A stretch of 64,000 nucleotides of DNA from Tubulanus polymorphus (taxonomy: Eukaryota; Animalia; Nemertea). The translations under genes and the position numbers were made by a program. The stretch's first letter is position 1, and every line of letters starts with the position of its first letter. The notes under the pieces are model-generated. The model did not search any database, was not told the DNA's origin, and saw nothing but the letters and a program-made list of their open reading frames with translations. The stretch is taken from NCBI RefSeq assembly GCF_964204645.1, contig NC_134028.1:20766345-20830344 (forward strand), read 5' to 3'. Positions 43,090 to 58,000 of this stretch are shown piece after piece.

Positions 43090-46000
43090 CTAGATCCTCG
43101 ATTGCCACGTAGCTACGAAAGCTCCCCTATTGTAAGATTTACCTTTTACAATAGCTTGTGCTCGTCCAACTTTTCGCACGGCCACATCTACAGACCTCAC
43201 CGCGCCTAGCACCGCCTTAGCAGCGCCATCTATATCACCTGATTGAGTAGCTGCTGCTGCATCTGCCGTTACTTTAGCAGCTGTGACCTGACGTAGAAAA
43301 TAGAACTCATGAACTTTCACTAGATACTAAAATCGAACATCTTTATAACGATTGAACGTATCAGAAATTCATAGTTTTTATGAATTTGAATAGGCCCTGT
43401 CGGTATAGGTACGAATAGGCGTTTGATAAGGAACCATTCACACGATACAAACCCCTCCCCTCAAAGTGGCGTTCCAAGAATTTTAAGAGTGGCCACGCGC
43501 TTGATGTCGAAACATACCTATTTCATATTGAAATCATAATTTTTGAAGGTTATTTAGGCCATCGAAAAAGGCCATGTTGCTAAGCAAACCGCGCGCGATT
43601 TATATTGACCACCGCTTTTGAATGCAAAATGTATAGATGTTTCGTACTGCTGGCTCCTATCAAACAAACTCAATCTGGACGGTTACACGGTTCATATTTC
43701 GTTGATAGTCTAAAGATAGGGAATGGATTCGAACCTGAGCCGAATTGATAACGCTTTGTATCGAGTCAGACTTTTGTTCGCTACACTTATATTCTTCTTC
43801 TATCAAATCAGCAACAGACTGAGCCAATATGGCCGCTACGAAACCGGAAGCCATACGACTGACTTCCCGTTCCTGTTCGGAATGGTTTCTAATGACCGTA
43901 TCTGTAGAAGCGGTTAATCTGTCATCACTAGTGATAGACTGAGGGGTAGTTGACTGATCCATGGTAACTGGTTGTGGAAGAGGGTGGTTTATTGTATTCC
44001 CTTCAGGAGAATGGTGCGGTGTAAAAATAATCCCACTCTCGGAATCGTCCAGTTTCCACTTGATGTTTGCGTTCTGAAATACAAAATCGAAATATCGCAG
44101 CTCAAGAAATTTGAATTATGCAAATAGAATTAACCAAGGTCAATTTTACTGAAAATTGCTAAAAACAATTGAAACGTGTAGCTCTTAACTTTGAATCAAG
44201 CGCCATAGCGCCCATACATTCAATTCTACAACTAATTTCCTATTTCGAATGTTTTAAACATCGGATTCTAAGAGACGACTGCTGCACTTGGTTCTACTAA
44301 GCTGGGCCCTAGGGTTCTTGCTGTGAAGTTAACGCAAGTTTTGAACGAGTTATTAGACCAAGTAATTTCCTCAAACCAAACCTTCTTTTTCTTCTTCCTC
44401 GGTTTCTCTGACCCACTATTTTCTTCCTCCGACGGCTGCTGGTGATTCGATTTAGTGCCCGGCGTTTCGTCTGATAGATTATCATCATTGATCGCAAACA
44501 GGAGATTTTCTCTTCTGATGTTTAATTTTCTCAACCAATGAATCAAACTGGGAACTTCATAAACTAAAAACAAAAATAAAGCGACTACAAAACAATAAGA
44601 ACTCAGGGCAGTTGAGCAGTCAAACCTTTCATTTTTAAGACCAGTATGAAAGGCCGTCTTAATAGTTCTGTAAGGCCACAGGAAAAGAAAACCCCGTTTC
44701 TCAGGCCCGACCAACCCGAGATTTCGTCGTTTCAAATAATCATTTTCAGAATAGAATATAATTGCCCACCCTTTTTCAAATTTTGGTTGAAATAATTTTT
44801 TTCAAAAATATATATGTGGCCGTCCGACTATCAAACTCTCCATTCGCGTAAATACTTTTTTCAAATCGTGATGTCGGCTGAGATCAATTTCATAAAAATA
44901 TTCTATAACATCGGATTTAACAATTTGATTCTGGAAATGGTGCAGCCATGCTCAGACAACTTTGCTAATCGGACATTGATGGCGACCTAGGATTGTAAAA
45001 TTCCAGGAATTCCGTGGAATATGTTCAAAATAAGTAATCGTAAAAACACCTAATTTTTTTCATTAATCATTGTGGTCTACTAGCTGTTAATCATATTCCT
45101 AACTAAAAGTTTGGTCCAGTTAAAAGTGTATTTACGGCGACCTACCCCATTTCCAAAAGTATACCAAAATTGTTTTTCTATAAAAAGAAAAAAAACCTAC
45201 CTACCCAGTTTGGTGGTTGCCCCGACCGAGTAACGGGAATTTTTTAGTGTGGCGTAACTTACAAATACAAACCTGAACCTGGTTGCACAGTCGAGACCTA
45301 GATCCAAAAGTACTCATATACAGCTCAAGTTATTAGGTCCAAGAATATTGAAACATCGTAAATTATTATATAGAACAGACCATGGACGTCTGAATGCCGA
45401 TAACGTTCATGGCTTTGAGTTATCTAAAATCGGCTAGGCCTTGACTGAACATCTGATCGCTAGGAACCTCTGTCAAAACATTACTTAATAATGTATTTAA
45501 GCCAATTAACATCCCATTCTGTGAATTCAGAAACATCCATGATAAGATCAAATCTGCCAATAAGCTCAAATGGGCAAAGGCAATCTTTGGTATACAGTTT
45601 CATAAAGTTTGAAACTGCGTTAACTATCCTCTAAAGCATTCGGGTACCCGCGTACCGGATAGGGAACCCACGCCTAGTCAGTGTCAGTCTTACTAACCTT
45701 CATCTGGTATCAGAAAATCTAAATTGACATTAATTGCAGGGTCCGTAGATGCATTCAGTATAGGCAATCCCTCTAGACACTTATACAAGTCAATAGCAGG
45801 TTCATCGGTGACGTCATCCTCTTCATAGAATACATCCCCATAAGATATCAGATTCACCTACATATTATGATTAATGATTAACGCGTAACATTACAAACTG
45901 GTTTATTGGTTTATTCTATTCTGGACCCCGGCCCTCCCCTCACCGAGAATGGCTGTGCTCCCTCGAAAAATCGACGATGTAACATGTTAAACGTAACAAA

Positions 46001-49000
46001 AAGAAAATTGGAGTAGGCCCACATATCCTCCGCAATTCTACCCTTTCGACAAAGCTTCTCCTGGACGATAGTCCCGCTGTCCTCGGCATTGAAAACGTGG
46101 GAAATGTACTAATTAACTTGAGTTAAACTTAATCATGGACCGAGAACTATGTGGCTCCTAGGATACTTTCCACGTGCTGTGGATATGTGAGTTTCTCGGG
46201 TGGAATAGCCCAACGGGTCTTTTATCATCATATCATATTTTCATTTACCATCAAAGGAGGCCATATTCACAGCCTCTTAGGAAGGGAAGTGTAATGACAC
46301 TTCCCTGGTTTGCGCATTTCATTTCCATTTTCAATTAGTAACACGCCATTCTACGTTCTATTTAGGATTCTGTTAATTTTAGCTGACAAATCTTACCTTT
46401 GTATAAAGACCTCGCCACTCAAAGAGTATCTTATCAATTAATTGTATGAAGAATGATAAATGTGCCCAGACGTCGGACACGGCGTTCAGTCGACGATTGG
46501 ACCCACTGTCTTCACTGTCCGCGTTCATTCTACAACTGACGTCTATATACAGGGTGTCTTCACATTGGATACAGATTATTGCCTGAAACGTGTAAACAGA
46601 ATAAACATCATTAAAATACTCATGACTCAGAAAGACCAGCCCGATTCAACTAAAATGGTTTTAGACCGTGAGTCGAGATGAAAACAGGATATCCGTGTAT
46701 GATGAATAAACGCGAAAAAATCCCATATTAAATACAGCCAAAACGAGAAACTTGAATAGAACTGTATAGTATTTTCGCAACGTTTCGGCTTAAGACAATT
46801 AGCCATCATCAGTATGCATATATTCAAGTTTCTCTCTTTGGCTGTATTTATTGTGGAATTTCTCGCGTTTATGGATTTAGATCGTTGGCCCAGTTGCACA
46901 TTCATTCATCTTATCCGATTAAGTTATACATGTAGAACAAAAATGAGCTAAGACTGGTTTTGTTATTAGACCGACAGAACAATAAGAGAAGACTGTTCTT
47001 AAAAGTTTTAAAATTTGGTTATAGAACCAATTCTTTTTATTAGCTTTCACAAAGAGAGAATTTTAAGACTGGTCCGTTGATTTGTAGATTCGCTATAGAA
47101 ACAAAATGACCTGAGACTGGTCTTAAAAGCGTTGACAGTAGAAACAAATCGATTGGTGCAACTGGGTCCTTTATTAGATCTGATGTCAGTGATTGATGCC
47201 GCGCAAGATCAGCATAATCCACAAATCCCACTCCTAATTTGCATATCCAAATTACTTTACCTCTGCTATTTTCAGTAACATGCCTCGTTTCCACGTGTAT
47301 TGATATGACTCGCAAGCACGTGATGTGTGAATACAGCCAATCAACCGCTCGAAACAACCCGGGGGAATCCCAACGGGAAACACGAGTCGCCACGTGATCT
47401 GTAAATCGCCCGGGAACGGTTTTGGCGTCCAATTTAATTGCTGAAAGGAAGATGAAGATTTGATAGACTTTCTTCAATCAGTTACTTAAAACGTCTTTCG
47501 CAATCAGAACGTTTTGATTATGTTACGTTTACACTGCACTATAGGCCAGTTCCATCATATCTCTCGTAACAGGCTGCATACGTTAAAATATACGTAAACT
47601 CGGTAAATTTCGGGATTTCTATCAACGAGCATTCAACGATGGAGATCTGGGACCACAAGGTCCGGGTTGATTTTTCCCAACGGTCTAGTGATCTGGTGGT
47701 ATAGTGTACGGGGTGTATTTTTTAGTGATGGGTTACTCAAAGAACTATGGGACCGAGTCCTAAACAATCAAATGCGTAGATATTAGTAGAAGAACAAGTT
47801 ATTTGAGGTGATTGAAATTAAACGAATTATACTGTAATCATTGATTAAAGATGATTACTGTAATTTAACTTACCGGTGTTTGATTTGGAAGTAGACGCAT
47901 TAGTGTTATATAGTATTGAGTGGTCGATGAAAGATTCGGGAATAAACTCAATGATAAACCATTATCTATTGGTTTATTCTGTATATAAGGCATCAATATA
48001 CCCAATCGACATAAAAGTTTCATCATCAGCTGAATCTGATCTTCATTAAATGGAATAGTCTAAAAAATAGCACAAAAAACATGCGTGACGTATCAAACCA
48101 GGACCAAGTTCCACATATTGTATGGGTTTGATTTGGACCTATTTTTTACAGTTGTGTGGGTTTTGTTTTAACCTGGACCCAGTTCCTCAATTGTATGAGC
48201 TAACCCAGTTCCACATTTGTGTAGGCTCACCAATTTCCACAGTTGTGTGGGTTTTCTTTGCATCTTGACCCAGTTCCACAATCGTATGGGCTTACCCAGT
48301 TCCACAGTTGTGTGGTTTTGATTCAACTTTGATTGTGCAGGCCTAAATCATAGTTTTTTTTTATTGCTATCCCTAGGTCTACCTACCTGCCACAGCAGAG
48401 GAAACAGTATCTCCCTGACAACGCCCCGTAATGGAATATCCTCCAATGCTCTTACTAGTACCGACGGGTTGGGTTTACTAACACTGCCCCCTGGTGGCCA
48501 GAACCGTCGAGATTCGAATTTGAACGATTTTTTGTCGTCGTCGATCAACAGTAGACAGATGGAGTTAGCGAGAGCGGACGGATCGAGGCAGACGAAATGG
48601 TTATATAACCCATCAGGAAACATGTTAAACCGAATATCTAGAATAGCTCCCTAAAACATAGACAACAATAACAACAACAACGTTAGATAACGAGAAGAAA
48701 GATTCCAACAGCGCTTGTTGTGAGTTTAATGTGACCAAAAAGCCAAAGATCCCAGTTTCAAAAATCTCCATTAAGACTAAACTCGAGAGTTTTGAATCAA
48801 TTCATTACAAATGTTTTATCAATAACCCTCGGGACAAATCTTAACGCGAACTGTGGAACTGGATCCTGAGCAGAACTGGTTCGGGTAGATTAGGGAAATA
48901 GGAGAAGGTACAATATCGATACCTACTGCATTTTGTAGAAATCTGAGTTGATTTTCAAATAGATCCTCGTTAGTAATACAGCTAGCAGTGAATGCTATAT

Positions 49001-52000
49001 CTCTGATCTGAGCTCCAGTCAGTAATACACATCCAGAATGTTTCAATTTCAACAATTCGCTATATAACTCCACAGTTGACGAATCCACCTGGTTTACTAT
49101 GTGCGGAAATAACTGAACGTCCAGTGATAGATTAACTAATACTTCAGCGAGCTTATCCAAACCCTGCAAGAATAACATTTCAATCGTAGTCTAATATTTG
49201 TTTTCATAATTTATTAGTACATAATTTGTGATATTCGAGATTTTTCTATTGAATAAGATATTATTGATATTTTTCTCGAAAATTCTTTTAACCAATAATT
49301 GACGAAAGAGATTTACTTTAGAACCGATTTTAGATCTGCTGTGTCATTTGATATCAGACGTGTGTGTAAAATCGATAGAGTAAATGAGAAAACTGATTTG
49401 ATACCTTTCCAGTAATGAGATCAACGGAGAGAATTTCGTGGTGAAATATCGGTCTTTTGTACAACAAATACTGTAGATTATCGATCCGATTATCGATATT
49501 AGGATTCAATTGAAGCGATCTAAAGAAAAGAATAAAAACAGAAAATGAACGATTAGAAATGAGTGGAACCGGGTCCAGTAACTGTGGTTCGAACTGGGAA
49601 CTGGACTGTGGAGCTGGGTGGAACCGGGACGAGTAGCTGTGGATCGAACTTGGTCCAGAACTGTGGAACTTGATCTAGTCCAGTCTCAATTGACACTGAC
49701 TCTCGAGAATTTAGACAGACAAATGTTGCTGCTAGTTTGTCGTCATCCCTTAGGATACGGCATTATTTTCTGCGCACTGACCGCGGCATTTGCGCAAAGG
49801 TTATTTAGTTCGTTTTTTAAGGGGAATGGAGAGGGGTGTAACGCTTGTAATCATTACTATTGGATTTTAGTTCACGTTCCGCGCTTTAGAGTGATTTTTT
49901 CAAGGCGGTAATAAAAGGCAGCAGACAATCCCGCTTTAAAACATAGTACCAGACACCACAGACACCGGCACTGGGCTACCCGGAATTATGTAATTTATCC
50001 TATCCCAAGTAATAAGCCGTCTTGGTTGCATTCATTGACGTCACAGTAGGGGGGGATTAGAGATAATTACCTCATTGATAATTGATGAAAAACATAGACG
50101 GGCGCGAATCCGAACGAAAATACGTTATAGCGCGAGTAAGCCGGATAGCGTAACGTGTTCATTATCAATAAGAATTATTTCTGCTAAATTAACTCAACCT
50201 CCATCTCTCATTATCCACCCTATAGAACTCTTGCAGCATCCACTTTCCTCGTCAGCTTTCTCTAGCATTTTAGAGGAGCGGTTCTTTTCCAAGAAAACGG
50301 ACACACTTTTCAACCGTTTGCCCTATTAAAAAGGGACAGATCGTTGAAATGTGAAGTGCATGGGGGTACCTGAATAAATCATTTGAGAAATGGATTACTT
50401 TTCATTTTCTAAATTATATATGTCAATTGTATCCGAAATCGTGACCCAAAAAATCTTGACCCATAAATGTTTTCATATTGACTTTTTGGAGGACGCTTTG
50501 AAGATAAGAGGGGGTTCGTTCGCTACCTTTCGGCACGCCTGCACCCTTCCTCCTTCCCTCGATACCTCCACATTTAGAAAACTTATCACTTCGTTAAGAT
50601 ATCGTATTTACGGTAACCACGGTAACGTATCGATGATATCTTTTTTTGTGTCTCATTAAGAGAGGAATGATAAAATGGAGTAACTCGTTCGCTCTACGCT
50701 GAGAGTCGTCTAGCGATTAATTATTCTAGTTTCTAATAGCGCAATGAATGACTCGATATTTCCGTCAATTTTTCCTATGGGGTTCCCCGCGTGGAATGAA
50801 AAGGGAGTTTTATATATAGATTCAGATATGAACGAATTGATGGTTGATTTAGATGATCTAATGAGAATCGGTGTGGTTTTCGTTTTTCTACACTATCTCG
50901 TGCGCGTTCTACTCGAGCTCAGTTGCTGGAAATCAAGCGCAGCCGAGACGACATAAGCAGGGCCGCGATCCAGCTATTTCGCGGTTGGGTCAGGGGCGGA
51001 TCCAAACGGGACAGTACAGAGAGCACGTGCTCCCGTCACAATTTTCCAGTGTCCTATTGAAAATACAACGGCAATATTTTTCAGGGCACTTTTTGCACCC
51101 ACAACTAATAAGACAGCGTATATATGTAATTTTCATTACAAATTCTGCTCCTCGATCCGGCCCTGTGCGTTTATATCTTTTGCCTCTCGCAAAACCGCGG
51201 CCAACAATAGCCGTTTAAGCAACGTAACTACACCGTTGTGAACTGCTGAACGAAAGACACTTAACTCCGTTTAATCCAAAGAGTTCTAAGTAAGGAAATA
51301 ACAGTTAAATCCTACTAAAAGCGCCTTTAGTGGGATTAAAATCGGAATATAGGAAATAACAACTAAATTAAATCCATTCAACGTACGTGGGGTGATTACA
51401 GACAGCATTTGGTTTATGGTTAGATCTAGACATTTATTGTAGAAATTACGTTTACCACCTTAACGTCTGGTCATTGAGCTTAACCTCAAATTTTTCATAG
51501 TTTTTTTTTATCTTTCTCCCACAAAGTGCATGTAGCCTGTATCTCTGGGCCTAGTGAGGAATATTGTATGCATAAATGTAGCCATAAAAACAAATTTAGC
51601 CCGGAACAAATGTTCACACGGGTGGCAAATGGGCCCGGTCCAAAGAGGCACTGGCAAATTTGGCCCAACTGAAAACGTCGGACCATTTCATCGGATAAAT
51701 GATTGCGTTTTTTATTGCAACTGGTACCGGAAATAATCCACTTCGCTTCGTTTGAACATTGTTTAGTATCGAGTGAGTGGTTTACGTGCGAACGCACTCT
51801 CTACTAAGACACGGTACAAATTTGGCTCGAGCCTGATCCGTGCCAATTTTGCCCGGGCCAAATCGTCTCCGTGTGATCGCGGCCTTGGTATGCATTATTT
51901 GTATGGGGCGCTACTCGGAAAATAACACGCGTTTTCCTTGATTTACCGAATAAACAAGATTTCGCCACATTTCAATTTGCATTCATTTCCTACTTAGATA

Positions 52001-55000
52001 TGTAATCTAAACTTACTTTAAGTATTCTATTTCATCCGAAATAGCAGACACCTGATTGGTCTCCATATTAGTCAGTTGTTTTTGAATGTTGCGGTGTATC
52101 TCTTTGATCTCGTTTTCGTCCGTACATTTATTGCGCCTGCTCGACACTACGATAATAATACCACCGGGAACCTGAAAACACGTAACGCAAAATACTTAAA
52201 AGTTTGAGTTGGAAAAGTCGACGTGATCCTACAGTAAACTGCGCTTTCCTCGGATGAGACCGGTGCATCTTTCTCCGACGCAGCAAGTGAATTACGGAAA
52301 GTCATCGCATGAATTGGAGTTGGGAAAATTTAAGCTCGCCCACGCGGGGCACGTGATCGTCGAGGCAAGCCATAATCCGAGGCATCGGCCCCGTGGCAAG
52401 TCCGGGCATGCCTGCGCTCGGGGCAATCGGCTCCACGGCGAGTGGCATATCTTACCTTAGCTTGTATAGAGTTCACACAGAGTAGTATATTATCACAGCT
52501 AACCTGATCAGTGACGTCGCAAACGATGACGAACAAAATATCCCGTGTCATATAGATCTGATGAGCGCCTTGAGTTAACTATACAAAAATGATCACATCC
52601 GATAGAATATACGAATGTTCGAAAAACGTCAGCCGTTTGTTTGCACACAAGTGTTTTCTTAGCGATAGATCGACCAAGTTCATCGACGGGTATTTTACTC
52701 GGGAGTATCGCCATCTAGTCCGTAAATTGACGAAGAGATAGGTCTCGAATGATTTTTCTCGCAAATACAACGATCAATTTTCTCACAAATTAAAAGTAGC
52801 CCGTCGAAAATACAACGTCAATGCGCAATGGTCCATCCATAGCAGAAATTACAACAGGTATATACCTCGTAATTATAGTTACACGAAATTCAGCATAAGA
52901 TTATGAATATGTTAGTACACAGCAACTAATAGGAAATTTTCACATTGGCCCGATTTTTGGTTTTCTCGCGCGAGAAAACAAAACATTTTGGTCTGAAAAT
53001 GTTTCTGACTGGCCAGTAACTAAAAGTAAACAAAAATATCTTGTGTATTCTCACGCAAGAAAACCAAAAATGAGTCAATGTGAAAATTTTTTATCGTTCC
53101 TCTAGTCGTACAAAAAAATATTTTAGTATGGCCCGAATCAGCCACCATAGATGTACTACTATTAATTACATTTTTTACAAGTGAATTCTGGCAAAAAGTG
53201 AATAGCTTAGACTGAATGATACTTGAAGAGTTAAGTAATGATTTGTGAATGTCATAGTGATATTATAATGATATTGTATTTCTGCATGATGTTGTGAATT
53301 TGAGAATACTCGGACCATTTACAAACCCATAAATGGAGACACGTTTCCACGAAACTTAGATTTACCAAAAAGTAAATATTCAACACACCTGACGCCCCGA
53401 CAGATCCCAAAATTCCAACCGAAGATTCTTCCGTGCCCCGCATACTTCAACCTCTGGTACCGCGACACCTGGGGTGTTCAAAATATCTCAAATAACAATA
53501 AATAGCCGTTTATTTCAGAAATATACCGAGATCGTACCAGCGCATATACTCACCCCCTTCGCGGAACGGGTACCAACACGTGACATCAACGCCTTCTGTC
53601 GGTGAGTTATGAAGTTTCGTGGTACCCGTCGTTATTGATTCTATTAAACTGGTTTTACCGCTTTCAGAATCACCCATCATGAACACCTTCAATCTATAGG
53701 AATAACAAATACAGTTGGTAGATTTCATTATGTAGTTAGAATTTAGCTTGTTTTCGATGCCATTGAAAACAAGCTAACCCCCTGTTTCGCTCCCGGCAGG
53801 TGTGGTGGGTCTGTAAGGGACACTCAATCGAAAAATCAAACAAAATTTACCAACTAAATTGATAAATAACGGGGACAATCCCTATTTTAAGATTTAAAAA
53901 CAGAAAATTTCGCTAAAAGCTAATTTCGATTAAATGCCGATTTCGGACATGCTCTGAATATTGTCGCGGCGAATTTACTTAATTTCTTCAAAAACGTGGT
54001 ATTCAAAGAAAAAAAACGTCATTCAGTAAATCATTGCCGCGGCTTTCTCCACTGCAGTCGCTGCACTTCTAACGCCGCTGAATGGGATACCCGCAACGCT
54101 AGGTTACTCGGTTACAGCGCTTCAATTTCTTCTACATTTCAATTAAATTCGAGTGAACTTTTCTCATTAGTAAATCAATTTCTAATAAAACTATACCATT
54201 TACTTATTGGGAACGCCAATCTTATATTTATTTGATAACTTATTAGACGACATTCCCATTTGTGAGCCTAAAAATCCAGTTCTAAGTTCATTGAAAATGA
54301 ACTAATTTTTACTACGTAATAACTTAGTGTATTGTAGCGCCATCTGGTTCGTGCCAATATCCCATTAGTCTTATTCAGCGTCAAATATTCAATTAAGATT
54401 TGTAGAGTGCAGGGTGCTCATAAGTATGTTAATTTTAACTAGTCGCTAAGCTTAACGACCGGTTGAAATCCCTAACGTTAGTTCACATCCGCGTTAAAAG
54501 TGTCGCTTAAAAAAAACCGCTCGAAAAACCGGCGGCTTACAACCACAGTCGTTAAAACCCTGTAACGAGTCATTTAGAATCTCACTCAAAAAATGGCTAC
54601 CTTCATTCCCAAGCTGCCGTTCAAGTGAAAATGCTCCTATTCTAGAACGTTAAGGTAAAGAAAACGTCAAGTTCTCTTCACAGGTGATTGCCCTTTTAAA
54701 CGCGGCCTTTTTCAACCATCTCCTAAAATGGTCGCGTTTCAAAGCTCTTCATCCGACAGCTCAGGCTCTTGGTGGCCATTAACAGACAGATTATCATAAT
54801 TTTCACCATAGATGTTGTTGATGTGCCATTTTCTATTAAGATAAATGGCCGCGTTAAGGGGATTACGTGACTACAGGAGGTAAAAAATGTAACGACTGGT
54901 TTGGGAGTTTTAACGATACGATTACTTTTGAGCAACCTCAAAAGTACCTATCGTCAAAAAGCAACCTATCGTCTGGCTACGAAATAACGACTCGATAAGT

Positions 55001-58000
55001 CATTTAACGACCCGTTAACAAACATTTCCTCTGATCTTGGGTTAAATTTGACTGGAAAATCAGTTCATTATCAGTTATCCTGACTATGATTAAAAACTCA
55101 GGGTTCATATATTCACTCAAAGTTGGTTTAAGCAGGGAAGTGTTATGAGATTACAATGAGTCAACCATCGCTTGGATGATAGATGCCGTTTTAAATGTCA
55201 CTACCAATGTCAGTTGTGCTCTAATTGACCAACTTCAGAGCTACAGATCTCAAACCTGTATTTACAACCAAAAAAAAAAAACAAAATGAATGTGACCGAT
55301 AGTACGGTACAATGACAAATTTGAATACCAATAATCGTTTCATCGATAAATTTGGTATGTTACGAGTGTGTACAATTTTTCTGGCGTTGGATATGTACAG
55401 GTATGTAAACGTAATAATTAGAATGATCAAGTCCTTGATTAGAACTTCATTCTCGTCGTAACGGAAATTAGCAGGTATTTATACCTGCAGGGATAATTGC
55501 ATCAGATAATGAGACCAGTCACGTGACCTGTAACCTGTATTTGTGACGCGATGTTACGATCGATTTGGAGTGAAAACCTTGTAAGGAGTTGATACAGACC
55601 CAGAGCTACTGCTACTGCTGGTGGTGGTAATATGATAGAAAATTAATTACGACCTTATGCACGATATCTTTAGGTGAAAACACATAGTCAGTTTCTTCCG
55701 TTAACAAGGACACAATATATCTAAGAGCTGATCGTTCACAATATTGTTCATTACAACGAGCTCATCCATAGCTCGCATACCCCTCACATCGAGCTACACA
55801 ACTAGGATTATAGCCCTCACATCGAGCTACACAGCTAGCATTATACCCCTCACATCGAGCTACACAGCTAGAATAATGCCCCTTTTATCAAGACGCAGCT
55901 AGCATACCGGCCTTCACATCGAGCTACACAGCTAGCAAGCATATAACCCACAGCGAACTACACAGCTACCATACCCCTCGCAGCGAGCTACACAGCTAGC
56001 ATTATACCCCTTTCACCGAGCTCCACAGCTAGAATACCCCTCGCAGCTAGCATACGCGGAAGCGATAAAGGGCCTCGAGTTGTCGCGTTTCAACTCGACA
56101 AGTCGCCATATTTATGTCGACGTATCGCGATATATCGCGTCAAGTCGACATGAATATGTCGACATATCGTGACGTTTTGACGACATATTTCGTTTTCACG
56201 ACCATTTTCCTCGCGACAAGTCGACATATTCATGACGACTTGAAACTCAGTCGTCATATGACTGGCGTCCTCATCTTACATTTCGACGTGTCTTCAAATG
56301 ACGGCTTGTCCCGTGGAAAATGGGCGAAAAAGCGAAATTTGTCGTGAAAACTTCACGATATGTCGACATATTCATGTCGACTTGACGCGATATATCGCGA
56401 TACGTCGACATAAATATGGCGACTTGTCGAGTTGGAACGCGACTACTCGAGGCCCTTTATCGCTTCCGTAAGCATACCCTTCACATCGAACTACACAGCT
56501 AGAATACACCTCACAGCGATCGAGCTACGCAGCTAGCATTATACCCCACACAGCGTGCTACACAGCTAGCAAGCATACCCGTCCATCGAAATACAAATCA
56601 TACCTCCTACACTAATCGTTTGTATGTAACCGGAGGGTGCATTGGTAACGCGCCAGCAGGTTAACTAGGTTGGAGCCGAGATTCCTTTTTTTCAATTTCA
56701 AAATATAATTGGGAATTCTTTATTGATGGTACACTTACCTGTCCAACGAAACTGTCGGCTATTACCTGACATTTTACAAACCAATGTGTTCAGAGTCGGT
56801 GTAACCCTTGCATTTTCTCTGATTAAAACGTTTTCCGACACAAACCTGATCGATGACTGAAGGGGAAGATTCGAGGTGACGGATGACACTGATCTGATAT
56901 CCACGACGAAATATCGCGCTACTCGGATATTACGCCAGATCGAAACCATTCAACGGATTGATTTAATGTTCTGGTGCTAAAATTGCCCCTCGTAGGCCTA
57001 CTAATAAGACCAGTAACCTATCTGTCCATAAACCCCAGGACCGGTTTCATATATAGACTAAATCCAACTCATTACCTCAGGACTAATCTAATTGACATAT
57101 TTTGCGTAAAGTTTAAGCCCAGAACCGTGTTTGTGACGTATTTAAATTGGTGCTATAGAACTATGATGTCCTTATACGGGCCTCAAATCTAAATATTCGC
57201 CGCGCAACCGGAGGCCACGAGGCTGAAATTAAAACTGGTCTACAAAACCGGTCCCTGGTACGTGATGCCTTGAATAAGTTCCCTTACCTGTAGTTGAGGC
57301 AAAACGGTTTGTAGTAATCGAGCAGCGAGTCTGTGTCTAATTGAGCAATATCTGGGGAAGGTTTCACCAATAGAGGGCAGTCAGCGATGTTTAATTCTTT
57401 CAGACGACTGAGGCAGACAATATCACGTGGTATGATTTTGATATTAGTTTTACTGAAGTTTACTGTTTCTAACTGGAGACAAAAGCGAATCAGAGACGCT
57501 AATGATTTATCAGTTAAACGCGGACAGCCGGAAAAATTCACCCGTTCGAGTAAAGAACATTTTTGAGCCAGTGACGTCACACAGTGGTCCGTTATACGTT
57601 TACAATAAGAGAAATCTGCGTGTATAAGCCTCGGGCACCTGTCAGCTATCAGACACACGCCGACATCGGTTAGATCAGCTCCTGAGAATCCTAGTTTCCT
57701 CAGAACTCGACAACTTGTCGTTAACGATACCATACTCTGGTCGGTAATCAGCGGACACTCGTTGAAAATCACCTCGGATAAATCTCCGTAACATTCCGTG
57801 ACGTAGTTCACGGCCATGTCGTTAATTTCCGGAAACCCGACGAGCGCTAACGAGTGTAACTCCTCGATACAGCTACGAACGATCACGTTCAAGATTTCCT
57901 CGTTTCCCGCCGAACGTTTCCGACTAGTTCCGACGCCTACCGAATTCGTCCGAACGAAAGTCAATTGGCTGAGTTTTTTCAATCGTTTCGCTATGGATGG

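Noticed and set aside
46397-46582. Suspected frameshift in a COR exon
   Set aside because: A recount gives 186 nt, open in frame (…DSGSNRRLNAVSDVWAHL…).
55755-56590. About 30-bp repeats resembling a CRISPR array
   Set aside because: Units are head to tail without unique spacers, there are no cas genes, and the context is eukaryotic.
56738-56972. Exon-like segment with a strong GTAAGT donor in the ROCO intron
   Set aside because: Stops occur in all frames from the likely acceptor, and the LRR and Roc exons already join in phase without it.
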